This document shows, in pieces, positions 1 through 10,482 of a stretch of DNA of 64,000 nucleotides. The notes under the pieces were generated by a model. That model had not been told where the DNA came from. It worked only from the letters and a program-made list of their open reading frames with translations, and made no database searches. A program made the translations under genes and the position numbers. The first letter of the stretch is position 1. Each line of letters opens with the position of its first letter. Origin of the DNA: Microcoleus sp. (lineage in GTDB: Bacteria; Cyanobacteriota; Cyanobacteriia; Cyanobacteriales; Microcoleaceae); the NCBI GenBank assembly GCA_042408215.1, contig JAYFMW010000006.1, positions 288,001 through 352,000 of the forward strand. The letters run 5' to 3'.

Positions 1-148
1 CTGCGGCTGCAATAGCCGTCGTGTATGAGGAATAACCCCCTGCGGTTGGTACTCGTAGATAGTTAAAACTGGATCAAACATATACACCGAGATGGGTTAC
101 ATTGAACGACGTTTTCTAAATGGAACTGAAGATTCATGTCGGCGAGTA

Positions 149-253
149 ATATCAAATCCGGTAGCATCGGAATTATTCAGATCTCTATTCTCTCCCTCTG
201 TGTCCTCTGTGTTCTCTGCGGTTAAATCATTCCGGTAAAACCAGAAACGATAT
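149..253. repeat. ~100-bp dispersed MITE-like repeat (ATATCAAATCCGG...CTCTGCGGTTAAATCATTCC...CCAGAAACGATAT)
   Basis: Related copies at ~45929-46035 and, reversed, at ~60477-60558. Confidence 0.65.
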
Positions 254-503
254 AAAGTGCGTTGTCCGCCTTCTGCCTAATTTCCAAAACATTGTTCTTG
301 CTCGATATTTTTCTCGTACAGATGCGGTCGCCCATCTGCAATTTCTGAGGCGATCGCGATCGACGGCATTTTATGCTGTCGGGAGCGATTTTATTCCTAA
401 TTAAAGTGCGATCGATCGGAGCATCATCTGTGACCACCACTTGTATGATAGAACACCGGATGTTAAGGTGACTGAAAAGCTTGGAAGATACTTAGGTAAT
501 AGA

Positions 504-824
504 ATGCCCTTGAAACCCAGCGATTTTAAAGCAGACCTGTTCAAGGTGTTGTCTAATCCAGTGCGGATTCAGATTCTAGATGCCCTGCGAACAGGAGAAC
601 GCAGCGTCAACGAGATCGCTGAGTGGCTGGAAATAGAGCCTTCGTCTATCTCTCAGCAATTAGCCGTGTTGCGAAGCAGGAATTTGGTGACAAGTCGCAA
701 ACAGGGCAACTTTGTGTTCTATTCCATTCGTGACCGGGCGATTTTCAAGATTTTGGATGCCGCGTTAGAAGTATTTAACAACCATCTGGTTGACGTGCGG
801 GATGCCTTGGAACAGTTGCAATAG
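504..824 (+). CDS. ArsR/SmtB family transcriptional regulator
   Basis: ADLFKVLSNPVRIQIL...SISQQLAVLR...SRKQGNFVFYSI winged HTH; ATG at 504 is in frame with ORF 441..824. Confidence 0.9.
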   Translation: MPLKPSDFKADLFKVLSNPVRIQILDALRTGERSVNEIAEWLEIEPSSISQQLAVLRSRNLVTSRKQGNFVFYSIRDRAIFKILDAALEVFNNHLVDVRDALEQLQ

Positions 825-1076
825 TTGAAACTGCTAGCTCTGCTGATGTTCAGCAGATAGTGACTGAACTCTCAGATTAAGCAAAGCTTAAGCAGGAGGT
901 AATTCAGAGCCTTTGAGCATTTAAAGTATCTGGTGGTTAAGGGAACGATCGCCCAAATTCGCGATCGCATACAGGAAATGTTACCGCCGACTGGGGGGGA
1001 TGAAGTTGGAACCGATTCGGTTGTGTGGGGCGCGTTATGCTGAGTCCCCTTGTAATAAGATTGAGTGGCAGTTTAA

Positions 1077-1247
1077 TTTGATCCTTTCTTTACTACTAAA
1101 CCGGTGGGTTCTGGTACTGGTTTAGGGTTGTCTATTTCTCATTCTATTGTGGTTAAATCTCACGGTGGTAATTTGAGTTGTATTTCTGCACCCCTTGAGG
1201 GTTGTGAGTTTATGATTGAGATTCCGATTACACCTCATCGGGTTTAA
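1077..1247 (+). pseudogene. Orphan C-terminal fragment of a histidine kinase HATPase domain
   Basis: Manual translation FDPFFTTKPVGSGTGLGLSISHSIVVKSHGGNLSCISAPLEGCEFMIEIPITPHRV*; a stop lies immediately upstream and there is no start. Confidence 0.85.
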
Positions 1248-1319
1248 TTTGGTGGGGGAAACCGCTGTTATGAGGTACACCTACTTATCGTTCAATCCTC
1301 CTAGGGACAAGGCATTGCG

Positions 1320-1515
1320 AATTGGTGTCAACTTAAGCTCAAACCCTTGATAAATCTCGCTTTTAGCTGAGTCTTGATCCCCCTAAATCCCCCTTAAGAA
1401 GGGGGACTTTGAATAATCTCTTGTCCCCCCCTTCTTAAAGGGGGCTAGGGGGGATCTAAGTTTAATGGTCAAATAGCAGTCTGTGAATGGGTTTGACGTT
1501 AAGTTGACACCAATG
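1320..1515 (+). mobile_element. IS4/IS231-like MITE inserted in a GTAG-REP
   Basis: TIRs (C)ATTGGTGTCAACTTAA / TTAAGTTGACACCAATG; 9-bp flanks GGCATTGCG / GGCATTGCC; internal GATCCCCC...GGGGGATC palindromic core. Confidence 0.8.
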
Positions 1516-1530
1516 GGCATTGCCGTGTCC

Positions 1531-4500
1531 CTACCGTGTTTCTAAACCTCGAATAATACGGACGACTTCTAAACTATTCAAAAAGTAAATATTGGCACGA
1601 ATCGGATGCTCCGAGTTAAATAATCGTTTAAATATTTGTCTCAGAGCGTTCATTTTGTCACCTTTGAGGGTATCAAACGCGGGAAGATTTTCCGATAAAA
1701 CGTGACCCATGAAGTATTTGTCATTGCTGTGCAATTCTTCCGGTAAATATAACTCCATTACCAGTGCATCCACAATTTGCTCAAAATAACTCAGCATCAG
1801 TTTGTCTTCTGCTGTTGCTACCATTCTTTCGCCATGACTAGGAATGTCTTTGAGTTCGGCGGTAAGGTAGATGATGTAATTAACTAGGGTTTCAATAGCT
1901 GATTTTTCCTGTGGCTGTGCATTAGGAATGGGAATTTGCCAGAAACATAAATGCTTTGCAGTGCATAAGTCCCACCTGCCATTTTGCCAACTATCTGATC
2001 AAGAACAAACCAAGTAATCTGCGAGTTTAAGAACTCCATAAAAGATAGTACGTTGAGTTAGGAATAAAAAATCATTTTATTATTGGTATATAATCCTTTT
2101 GTGAATCCCAAGCAAAAGCCTGATAAGTAGCAATTTCCTGGATAAACAATCTTAGGCGGCTCAAACTCTTGCCAGATACCCTCTTGAGCATGATCGCAAG
2201 TTCGTCCCAAGGAAGCTGTACCTGAATCGCTGCACGGGCTAGATAACTCTTCTCGTATTCATCAATCGAGCGTGCATAGCTGGATAAGCTTTAGCAAATA
2301 TTGTCTCGGCATACTTATCGACAGGAAATTCCGACAAGATGTTGCTTATTTGCGAGATTCATCTTAATTAAATACTGTTCTGCGAAATCTACACACCAAC
2401 GCTTTACATCCTCTACCTCGCAAGAAAGGTTTGAGAACTTCTGCCGAGGCGGGATGCTCTGCGATAAGTCTGATCGCGTGTATCTGCAATCCACCACAAA
2501 GGCTTCGTTAAAACCAGTTACGATGCCCCGATAAAATCGCCCATTCACATATTCCCCTAGAGGCGTACCAGCTTTTCGCAGTTTTTCTAACAACTGCAAC
2601 ACCGAGTTAGATTCTAACCGCCAACCATCAGCCGTTAATTCCTTTTGTGCTATGAAAAAACTCTGATTTTCAAACACCGAAGCAAACCGATCCACAGGTT
2701 GCCCTAATTCCCAATTTAAAACGCGAGTTTGATGATTTTCCGGTTGTTCCTTACTAGCAATAATAATGCTAGGATAAGCAATAGCCGTAAAAATCGGTGC
2801 ATCACCAAAATCAATTAATTGTAGAATAGTCGATTGATTAGCTAAAAACTTACGCAGTTTTTCCCCATAGCCAGAGCGAAAATATTTATTAGATGAAATA
2901 TAACAGAGAATGCCTTTATTTTTCAGTAGCTTTAATCCTTGCTCATAAAAATAAACATACAAATCGGCCACCCCGGTATAACAATCATATTGACTTTTGA
3001 AGAGATAGGTTTAAACTCTTTAATTTGCTCCTTGGCGCACATAGGGCGGATTACCAATACAAATATCAAAACCATCACTTATCCCAAACATCCATTCTGC
3101 ATCAAAGAAATCAGCAAAAGTATTTTGCTCATAGGGCTTCCAAATCGCTAACTTTTCCGCACTTTCACTCGGAAACCCACCACATTTAAGAATCTCACTA
3201 ATCTGATGACGAATTCGATCATCTAATTCTCGATACTTAGCCTTAGTCTTAGGAGTACGAGCCATAAAATAACTTCTACGAACCTCTGCTAATTCCTTTT
3301 CCTTCTCTTCAATACGAGGATCGCGTAAAGTAAAATCACCCGCCCCTTTAATTCCCAACAAAGCATTAGCCGCGACAAACTTAGTTTCCAAATTAGGTAA
3401 AGGACGAACACCTCTATTTTCCAGAGAATTATCAATATTTTGGTGAACAATCAGCGAAATGAAAAACCGTAACTTAGAAATCTGGATCGCGATGGGTTGA
3501 ATATCTACCCCATAAATGCAATTTTCAATTAAATATAACTTGCGTCCATAATCCAACTCATTCTGCTCAAAAGCTTGCTCAATATCCTCAATAACCTTTT
3601 CTCGAATAGTGCTATCAGGAATCTCATTAGCCTTCGCGATTTGCTTTTCCTTCCATCGGCGGTTTTGGGGGTCAAGTTTAGTCAGAATAAACACCAACTT
3701 ATGCAAAATTCCCATCGGAAAAGCACCCGATCCGCAAGCCGGATCGAGAATTTTTAAATGATCGATCGCCTCAATCAATCCTGCTACTTCTGTATCCGTA
3801 AACTGATGGGGTTGATCGTTATAAGCCAACAGATGACGTAATCGATCCCCCCCAGCCCCCCTTAAAAAGGGGGGAGTTTCATTCTCAGGTAAATCATCGT
3901 TTTGTAGGGGCGGTGCCCCCGTGCCCGCCCTCCGTGTCCACGATTTTGTATGTGTTTCAGAGATTGGGGCAACCACGGGGAGTAGGGGTCGGATTTCCCC
4001 TAGGTCGAATGAACAGCCCTGCCTTAAAAAGGGGGGAGTTTCTTCTATTTCCCTCTCTTTTGAAGGGAGGGTTAGGGAGGGATCAGATAATTTACATTCC
4101 AAACAAGCAATTAATGCCTCATCTACCATGTAATCAACAATTTCACGCGGCGTATAAAAAGATCCCGTTTGTTTCCTCGCAGTTGTATTCGTTTCCGGGT
4201 TATAAGCCGCGAGTAAATTTTCAAATACTTTCCCTAACAACTCTGGATCAAGGGCAATTTCTTCCTCAATCGGCGTATTTTCAGTAACAGTAAACTTATA
4301 ACTATGGAAAATATTAATTAAACCCCGCACCGTATAGCGCTTGTTTTTTGTCCCGTAAACATCATTCAGATCAATTTGTTGATCGGATTCACTAAAAAAT
4401 AGACAATTAGGAATATTTAGCCGATTATCCTGACGTTCCGAAAAACCATCAATGCGGATAATCTGTTTAGGCTGATCTCGATCGGGTTTATCCAAGCATT

Positions 4501-5653
4501 CAAATAAACCACCATTCAGAAAAGGAATATCATCAAACAGTCTGAGTATCGCTGGGGAATCGTGAAAATAATCCTCATAGCGATAGACATTATGCACCAT
4601 GTAATTTTGATCGCGTCCCCCTGCTTGCTTCGCCTTATTTCTAAACTTACGATTATCAGGTTTATTAGGAGTATTCATCTCCTGATTCAGCGTTGCAAAG
4701 AATAAATTTTGCAGAATCGCTTTGTAATAAGTGCTTTCCTCCGGTGCATTGGACTTGATTAATTCCTGTATACTTTGATAGTTAAACAAATCATCTGGTA
4801 CTAACCCTTTTTCCTTCAGAAACCAAACAAAAATCAACCTTGTAATCAACCGAATTATAAATGTGGCACAGGCATCTTGCCTGTGATGTTCTTGATTATT
4901 AACAGGCTGGAAGCCTGTGCCACTTTCTGGTAAAGTCACATTTTGCACCGCCCAAAAATACCAGTTAGCTACTTCTTTGAAAAACCGTTTATTTAGTTCA
5001 GAAGTATCAAGGGTTTTCTGCCAAGCGTCGTGTAATTGGTCAAAGTTGGTAAATTGATACTGTTTATATAACTGAGGTAAAGAAAGGTCAAAAAGTATTT
5101 CAATATGGGCACGATGGGGCTGAAAAATATTAATATCTTTAATTAAAGTAATCTTTTCTAAAACATCCTTAGAAGTTTCCAGTTTATTAGGGCGGCGGTT
5201 AATGATCGACAAAGTAAAACAATCACCATGTCGGAATAACACCAGAATGGGAATATCAGACTGACGGTTAACTTCGCGAGTAATATTTGATAAATCAGTG
5301 CGGTTGTAATGATTACCGCGCAAACTAATAGCCAAGAAAATATAAGATTGCAGATAATTTTGATCTATCTTACTAACAAATCCTAATTTACCATTAGATT
5401 TAATTTCATCCTCAGTCAGTTGAAACAAAAAATCAACCGACTTCCATTCTGAAAACATCGCCCGTTGCTGGTTGATTCCCTCCCATCCAAACCTATCGAG
5501 AAAATCATTAGGGTTATTGCTATCTAACTCAAATTTTCTTGTTGTGGAATATCCTAGCGTTTGGAATAACGCCTCTATTTTCTCCGCTGCATTACCCGCA
5601 GCTAAATTTTGGATAGATTGAGAAATTTTATCTTTCATCTGTTGTTCATTCAT
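1531..5653 (-). pseudogene. Eco57I/type IIG-like N6-adenine DNA methyltransferase with C-terminal target-recognition region, frameshifted
   Basis: Motifs TGSFYTPREIV, ILDPACGSGAF, IYGVDI, DICIGNPPYVRQ, ADLYVYFYE and GIVTGFNEAF span ORFs 3020..5653, 2315..2971 and 1531..1824. Indels lie near 3030-2995 and ~1900-2490. Confidence 0.85.
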
Positions 5654-8600
5654 CTTGAATCACCAACCATGTAATTAAATCAAAATCTGTTTTGCTAGTC
5701 ACCTGTTTTTTCTGTTCAGGCATTACCGCACCTTTACCAGATTTAAACAAATTACTGGCTAACCGCTTCTGAAAAGTCCGAGTAATCGAATCAACCGCCT
5801 CTTGAAGCAAATCATTATAAACACTCATATCTTCCCCGTTATTCGTCTGTTTGTCAAACAAATGACACAAAGAGTCATAAGCTTGCGTCTTATCCACACA
5901 CAACAACCGGAAAATCTCTAAAATCTGCTTAGGTTGAGCAAAAGTGAAACGTACCACCTTATCCTCTCTAATATACACCAGAAAGTGCGGTTGCAGAGGG
6001 TTAACCGTCTCATTTCCAGAAGTATCGCCTTTCTGTTTTAAACAAAAAATTACCCCTGGTGCAATTATGGGATTTTCTGACGCGGGTGGAACCACTGCAT
6101 AAATACCCAAAGGTGTATTTTCTAGCTGTTTCCGGTTCTTTTCCAAATACTGACTTAGTTCAATCCGAAAATCATCTAGGGTAAACTCATTGAGGGCAAC
6201 ATTTTCGTCAAAATCCTCTAAATCTAATACCTCATTCTGCAATCGTAATAACTGCTTATCTCTATATTTTAAATCAGTTTGGATTAACTCTTCAATTTCA
6301 TCCGGTTCTAACAGATTATCCTCAAAAGTAGCAGCAATATCAACTAATGCCATCCTTGCTTCTACCCGATTTTTCAGATTGATGTATTTATTTAAATCAT
6401 CAGTAGGCCAAAAATTCACTAACTGTACGGTATGATTAACACTACCGATACGGTCAATCCGTCCAAAACGCTGAATAATTCTAACTGGATTCCAATGAAT
6501 ATCGTAATTAACTAGATAATCACAATCCTGTAAATTTTGCCCTTCAGAAATACAATCTGTAGCAATTAATAAATCAATTTCTCCATCTTGGTGCATCGAC
6601 TTCATCTTATCCCGCTTTTTGGAAATGGGAGAGAAATTAGTCAGAATTTGATTGAACTCATTCTTGCCAAATGTGGTTTTATTTCTGCCTGTTCCCCCAA
6701 CTACTAAAGCTATGTTAATATTGAGCTTGGAAGTTGCAATCCATTCCTGCAAAGCCTGATAAAGATACTCTGCTGTATCCGCAAAAGCAGTAAATACCAA
6801 AACTTTACGGTTAGGTTGATTTTGTTTATTAATTGTTGGCTGTTTTACCTTGTTTTGAATCAATTTTTTCAATTCGGCTAACTTGGCATCCCGCGTTTCA
6901 TCAACCTGTGAAGCTGAATCATAAAGACTCTTTAGTTGTTGCTTATCCAGTTCTAAATCTTCTAACCAGCTATCAATATCCAGATGTGCCATCTTAAAGA
7001 TTAGCCTTGTCCCAACCTCCATAGCTGCTTGTAGTTCTTCATCATCAATATCTTCAATATTCAACTGATTAAACTCAATATTCTGGTTGAGATCTCGAAA
7101 CTGCTTAAAAGTTTTAATTCGTTGCTGTAAATCTTCAATTTTAGCGATCGTCCTTTCCATCGTAATCGCAAAGGATTTTACCGAACTTTCCAACCGTTTA
7201 AGAAAATTTACTTTCATCATCCCGATGAGAAAATATTCGCGTACACTCTGCTTAAATCTTTGTCCGGGTTTATGTTCGTACTCTTCTCTGTACTCCGGTA
7301 AAACATATTTGGAAGGGTTAAACAATGACAACTGATAATTAGAAATTTCATCATTCAGCTTGTCATAAGGCATAAACTCACCTTCTAAATCAATCCTCGG
7401 AAAGATAGATAAGGGTTTTAAACGTTCTGGAAAACCACCTAATTGTTCTACAACATCCTGATAATACTTTTGAATATGTTTACGAGAACGAGCTATAGTT
7501 AATTCATCTAGTAGTTTAAAAAATCCTGAATCAAGAGAGTTTAATAAATCGCTAGTTATGCGAATACTTTTTTTCGACCAAGTGGTAAAAGCTCGTTGAG
7601 CCTTAGCTAGAGTATCTTTCAGACTAACTACACCAATTGATGCTTGAAAAGCATCATCTTTACCTTCAGTGATAAATTCAAGCTGATGCCTTAAATCAGT
7701 TAAGTTATTGTTGACAGGAGTAGCAGAGAGTAATAAAACCTTAGTTTTAATGCCCGATTTAATAATGTCATTCATCAGTCGCTCATAACGACTTTTACGA
7801 ATTATATTCCCATCTTCATCTCGCTTACCCTTGGTGTTGTTGCGGAAATTATGGGACTCATCAATTACTACTAGGTCATAATTTCCCCAGTTAAGATTCG
7901 CTAAGTCTGTATCACCGGATTTGCCAGACTCACGGCTTAAATCTGTGTGAGATAAGACTGTATAATTAAAGCGATCGCTAACAAAGGGATTTAGTTCACT
8001 ATTATTCTGTGCATGATAGATTGTCCAGTTTTCGCGCAACTTTTTTGGACATAACACTAAGACTCTATAATTCAGGCTCTCAAAGTGTTTAATAACTGCT
8101 AAGGCTTCATAGGTTTTTCCTAAACCGACACTATCGGCAATAATGCAACCATTATGGCTGCGAATTTTGTTAATTGCTCCGATTACGCCATGTTTTTGAA
8201 ATTGAAATAAACTCTTCCATATCTCAGTCTCAAATAACTGGTTGTTTTCACTCAACCATAGAGCATCTTGTTGGTCTGCTAAAAACTTTTCAAAGATATG
8301 AAATAGGGTTTTGTAGTAAACCAGTTCTGGGGTGGAGTTAGTATATAATTGTGCTAGATAAAACAACACATCTGCTTTGATATCTTTGACCAGTTCTTCA
8401 TTATTCCAAATTTGGTCAAACCAAACTTTGAAATCATAAGTGTCTTCTAGGCTACTGACGATTAGATTTAATTCGATATTGTTGACATTATTAGATAATC
8501 CTAAGCCTTTTATGGTAAAATTAGAACTTCCCATAATCGCGGAGGGAACTCGATAAATGGTTTTCGAGCCATCGGGTCTGATGTCCTGTACTTCATTGTC

Positions 8601-8999
8601 AATATGATAGAGTTTTCCGTGTAAGAAGTTAGACTTTGTTATCGATTTTATTTCGACTTTTTCTCTAATCCAGTCAGCACAATCTTTTGCTAAACGTTTT
8701 TGTTGAAGCTGCTTTTGTAGGGTTAACCCTTCTCGATCAATTAAAAAAGCTTTATTTTCATTTATATGAGGATCGAGAATAAAACTTGGTTCACCAAAAA
8801 TAAATTGTAAGCTTTCAATTTTTAATAGTTTTTCTTTGAGAGCTTCAAAAGCATAAATGGTAAAATACGCTGAAACAATTGATAAGCGAGAGCCTTCTTT
8901 AATTTGACGAATCAAAAAATCACCAACAGATCCCCGTGTGTGATTATCTTTAATCCCTGAATATGATAAATAAGGAATAGAACTAGGCCTATTTTTCAC
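5646..8999 (-). CDS. Phospholipase D (HKD) nuclease fused to an SNF2/SF2 helicase; probable restriction partner of the methyltransferase
   Basis: HGKLYHID...GSSNFT; ADSVGLGKT; DESH; LSATP; SEGQNLQ; QRFGRIDRIG. The stop overlaps the MTase start region. Confidence 0.9.
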   Translation of the reverse strand: MKNRPSSIPYLSYSGIKDNHTRGSVGDFLIRQIKEGSRLSIVSAYFTIYAFEALKEKLLKIESLQFIFGEPSFILDPHINENKAFLIDREGLTLQKQLQQKRLAKDCADWIREKVEIKSITKSNFLHGKLYHIDNEVQDIRPDGSKTIYRVPSAIMGSSNFTIKGLGLSNNVNNIELNLIVSSLEDTYDFKVWFDQIWNNEELVKDIKADVLFYLAQLYTNSTPELVYYKTLFHIFEKFLADQQDALWLSENNQLFETEIWKSLFQFQKHGVIGAINKIRSHNGCIIADSVGLGKTYEALAVIKHFESLNYRVLVLCPKKLRENWTIYHAQNNSELNPFVSDRFNYTVLSHTDLSRESGKSGDTDLANLNWGNYDLVVIDESHNFRNNTKGKRDEDGNIIRKSRYERLMNDIIKSGIKTKVLLLSATPVNNNLTDLRHQLEFITEGKDDAFQASIGVVSLKDTLAKAQRAFTTWSKKSIRITSDLLNSLDSGFFKLLDELTIARSRKHIQKYYQDVVEQLGGFPERLKPLSIFPRIDLEGEFMPYDKLNDEISNYQLSLFNPSKYVLPEYREEYEHKPGQRFKQSVREYFLIGMMKVNFLKRLESSVKSFAITMERTIAKIEDLQQRIKTFKQFRDLNQNIEFNQLNIEDIDDEELQAAMEVGTRLIFKMAHLDIDSWLEDLELDKQQLKSLYDSASQVDETRDAKLAELKKLIQNKVKQPTINKQNQPNRKVLVFTAFADTAEYLYQALQEWIATSKLNINIALVVGGTGRNKTTFGKNEFNQILTNFSPISKKRDKMKSMHQDGEIDLLIATDCISEGQNLQDCDYLVNYDIHWNPVRIIQRFGRIDRIGSVNHTVQLVNFWPTDDLNKYINLKNRVEARMALVDIAATFEDNLLEPDEIEELIQTDLKYRDKQLLRLQNEVLDLEDFDENVALNEFTLDDFRIELSQYLEKNRKQLENTPLGIYAVVPPASENPIIAPGVIFCLKQKGDTSGNETVNPLQPHFLVYIREDKVVRFTFAQPKQILEIFRLLCVDKTQAYDSLCHLFDKQTNNGEDMSVYNDLLQEAVDSITRTFQKRLASNLFKSGKGAVMPEQKKQVTSKTDFDLITWLVIQDE

Positions 9000-9049
9000 T
9001 GGTCAACGTTTATTGTTAAACATATTTTTTTAAGGATGTTTAAATCTTG

Positions 9050-9253
9050 CTATCTTTTTAACTCAACTTCTCGCGATCGCCCATAAATCACATCTAACCA
9101 CACCGGCACAACAAACTTCCCCTCAGCCCAAGCTGTTACTACTTTCTCCACATCAGACTCGATCAGCTTAGAAGCTCTTTCCTGCGACTCTTTCACAAAA
9201 ATTAACCGCTTTGGCTCCCGATCGCTCAAAAGCCCGATCCAAGTTTGGCAGAT
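9050..9253 (-). pseudogene. Possible gene remnant of unknown function between the tRNA and the helicase
   Basis: A 67-codon open frame (ICQTWIGLLSDREPKRLIF...VVPVWLDVIYGRSREVELKR*) with no ATG. Confidence 0.35.
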
Positions 9254-9390
9254 CTAGAAGCGGTTTTGAAATGTCAATTGAAGAGACTCGGCCACTCAGG
9301 AGAGTAGGTTGAGCGAAGGATGAGCGGAAAGCGGAATTCTTAAGGGGATCACAAACCTGGAACTATTGATGTACAAAGCTTTGAGTCTAA

Positions 9391-9472
9391 TGCGGATAAA
9401 AGGACTTGAACCTTCACTCCTCTCGGAACCAGAACCTAAATCTGGCGCGTCTGCCAATTCCGCCATATCCGC
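9391..9472 (-). tRNA. trnL: tRNA-Leu (anticodon TAG)
   Basis: Reverse complement GCGGATATGGCGGAATTGGCAGACGCGCCAGATTTAGGTTCTGG...GGTTCAAGTCCTTTTATCCGCA folds as a cloverleaf with a long variable arm. Confidence 0.97.
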
Positions 9473-9608
9473 ACGATCGCATTCAACAACCATAGCACAT
9501 AACTATTTGATGTGTCAATCAAAATCGAGAAACCCGGTTTTTTTTTCCGAAACCGGGTTTGCTTCTGAGTTATATCCACAGCAATTTTCCCAATTTCTGA
9601 CTCGTCGC

Positions 9609-10337
9609 CTAGTTTTTGCCCAACGTCTTCCAAGTGATTTCGTCCACCGCGCCGTCTGCCTTCAAACCTTTATACTCTTGAAAGCTCTTGACAGCCGCAG
9701 CAGTGCGGGCCCCAAAAATGCCGTCGATCGGGCCTGGATCGTAACCCTCTACTTCCAAACGCACCTGTAGTGTCTTCACCTTGGAACCAGCAGCGCCTTT
9801 AGTTAAAGTAGTTACGGTAGTTGGAGCATTGTTCTGAACAGGAGCATTGTTCTCAATTGCAGCATTTTCCTCAACAGTTTTAGGGACGCGACGCGGCTCG
9901 GCAGCTAAAGCAGTCCAAGTGTCTTTGTCTACGATGCCATCTGACTTCAACCCCTGAGACTGCTGAAAGTCACTGACGGCGGATTTAGTGCGGGAGCCAT
10001 AGGAGCCGTCGATCGTCTTGAGCGCGAAACCATGAACTTGCAAGCGCCGTTGTATAGCGGCAACTTCTGGCCCGTCGGCTCCTACCGATATAGTTTTTTC
10101 CTTTTTGACTGGCTGTTGCTCCCCTGCATAAAAAGGCTTGTTAAACATCTCCTGCTGGGAATTTGCGTCTGGGGATGCTGAGGCTTCCGGGTTGGCGGGT
10201 GCCACAAAATCTTGGCGCTGCTGTTCTTGGACAAAGGGTTGAGAGTCGAAGGCTGCGTTGGCATTCCTGGTTAAGCCAGGAGCGAACAGAGCCACTAGGC
10301 CGAGAATCGTAGCAGTAGTTACACGCATAAGTTTCAT
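9609..10337 (-). CDS. Secreted protein with two peptidoglycan-binding (PG_binding_1) domains
   Basis: Signal peptide; two repeats of V..LQ.RL...IDG.(Y/F)G..T..AV..FQ...GL..DG.V...TW. Confidence 0.9.
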   Translation of the reverse strand: MKLMRVTTATILGLVALFAPGLTRNANAAFDSQPFVQEQQRQDFVAPANPEASASPDANSQQEMFNKPFYAGEQQPVKKEKTISVGADGPEVAAIQRRLQVHGFALKTIDGSYGSRTKSAVSDFQQSQGLKSDGIVDKDTWTALAAEPRRVPKTVEENAAIENNAPVQNNAPTTVTTLTKGAAGSKVKTLQVRLEVEGYDPGPIDGIFGARTAAAVKSFQEYKGLKADGAVDEITWKTLGKN

Positions 10338-10482
10338 GTGGTTGATAAAGTTTGCCTATTGTAATGTTTCTAAATCTAATTGTATTACCCGGACTGCTTT
10401 CTGAAAAATATCTAGGCTGGCCACGATCGACTTTACCTGTATACCTTGGCGGTCATCGATTACCGGGTAGATATTGCTATTC

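Noticed and set aside
1..81. Possible 5' end of a minus-strand gene divergent from arsR (MFDPVLTIYEYQPQG...)
   Set aside because: Only 27 codons are visible at the window edge, so it cannot be supported or named.
3844..4084. Intein in the methyltransferase
   Set aside because: No C/S...HN-C/S/T splicing motifs; the DNA is made of known repeat families.
1..9390. att duplication of the tRNA-Leu 3' end
   Set aside because: No second copy of TGCGGATAAAAGGACTTGAACC was seen by eye; it may lie outside the window or have been lost.
9296..9770. Short ORFs over the tRNA
   Set aside because: Shadow ORFs of tRNA-Leu and the neighbouring gene.
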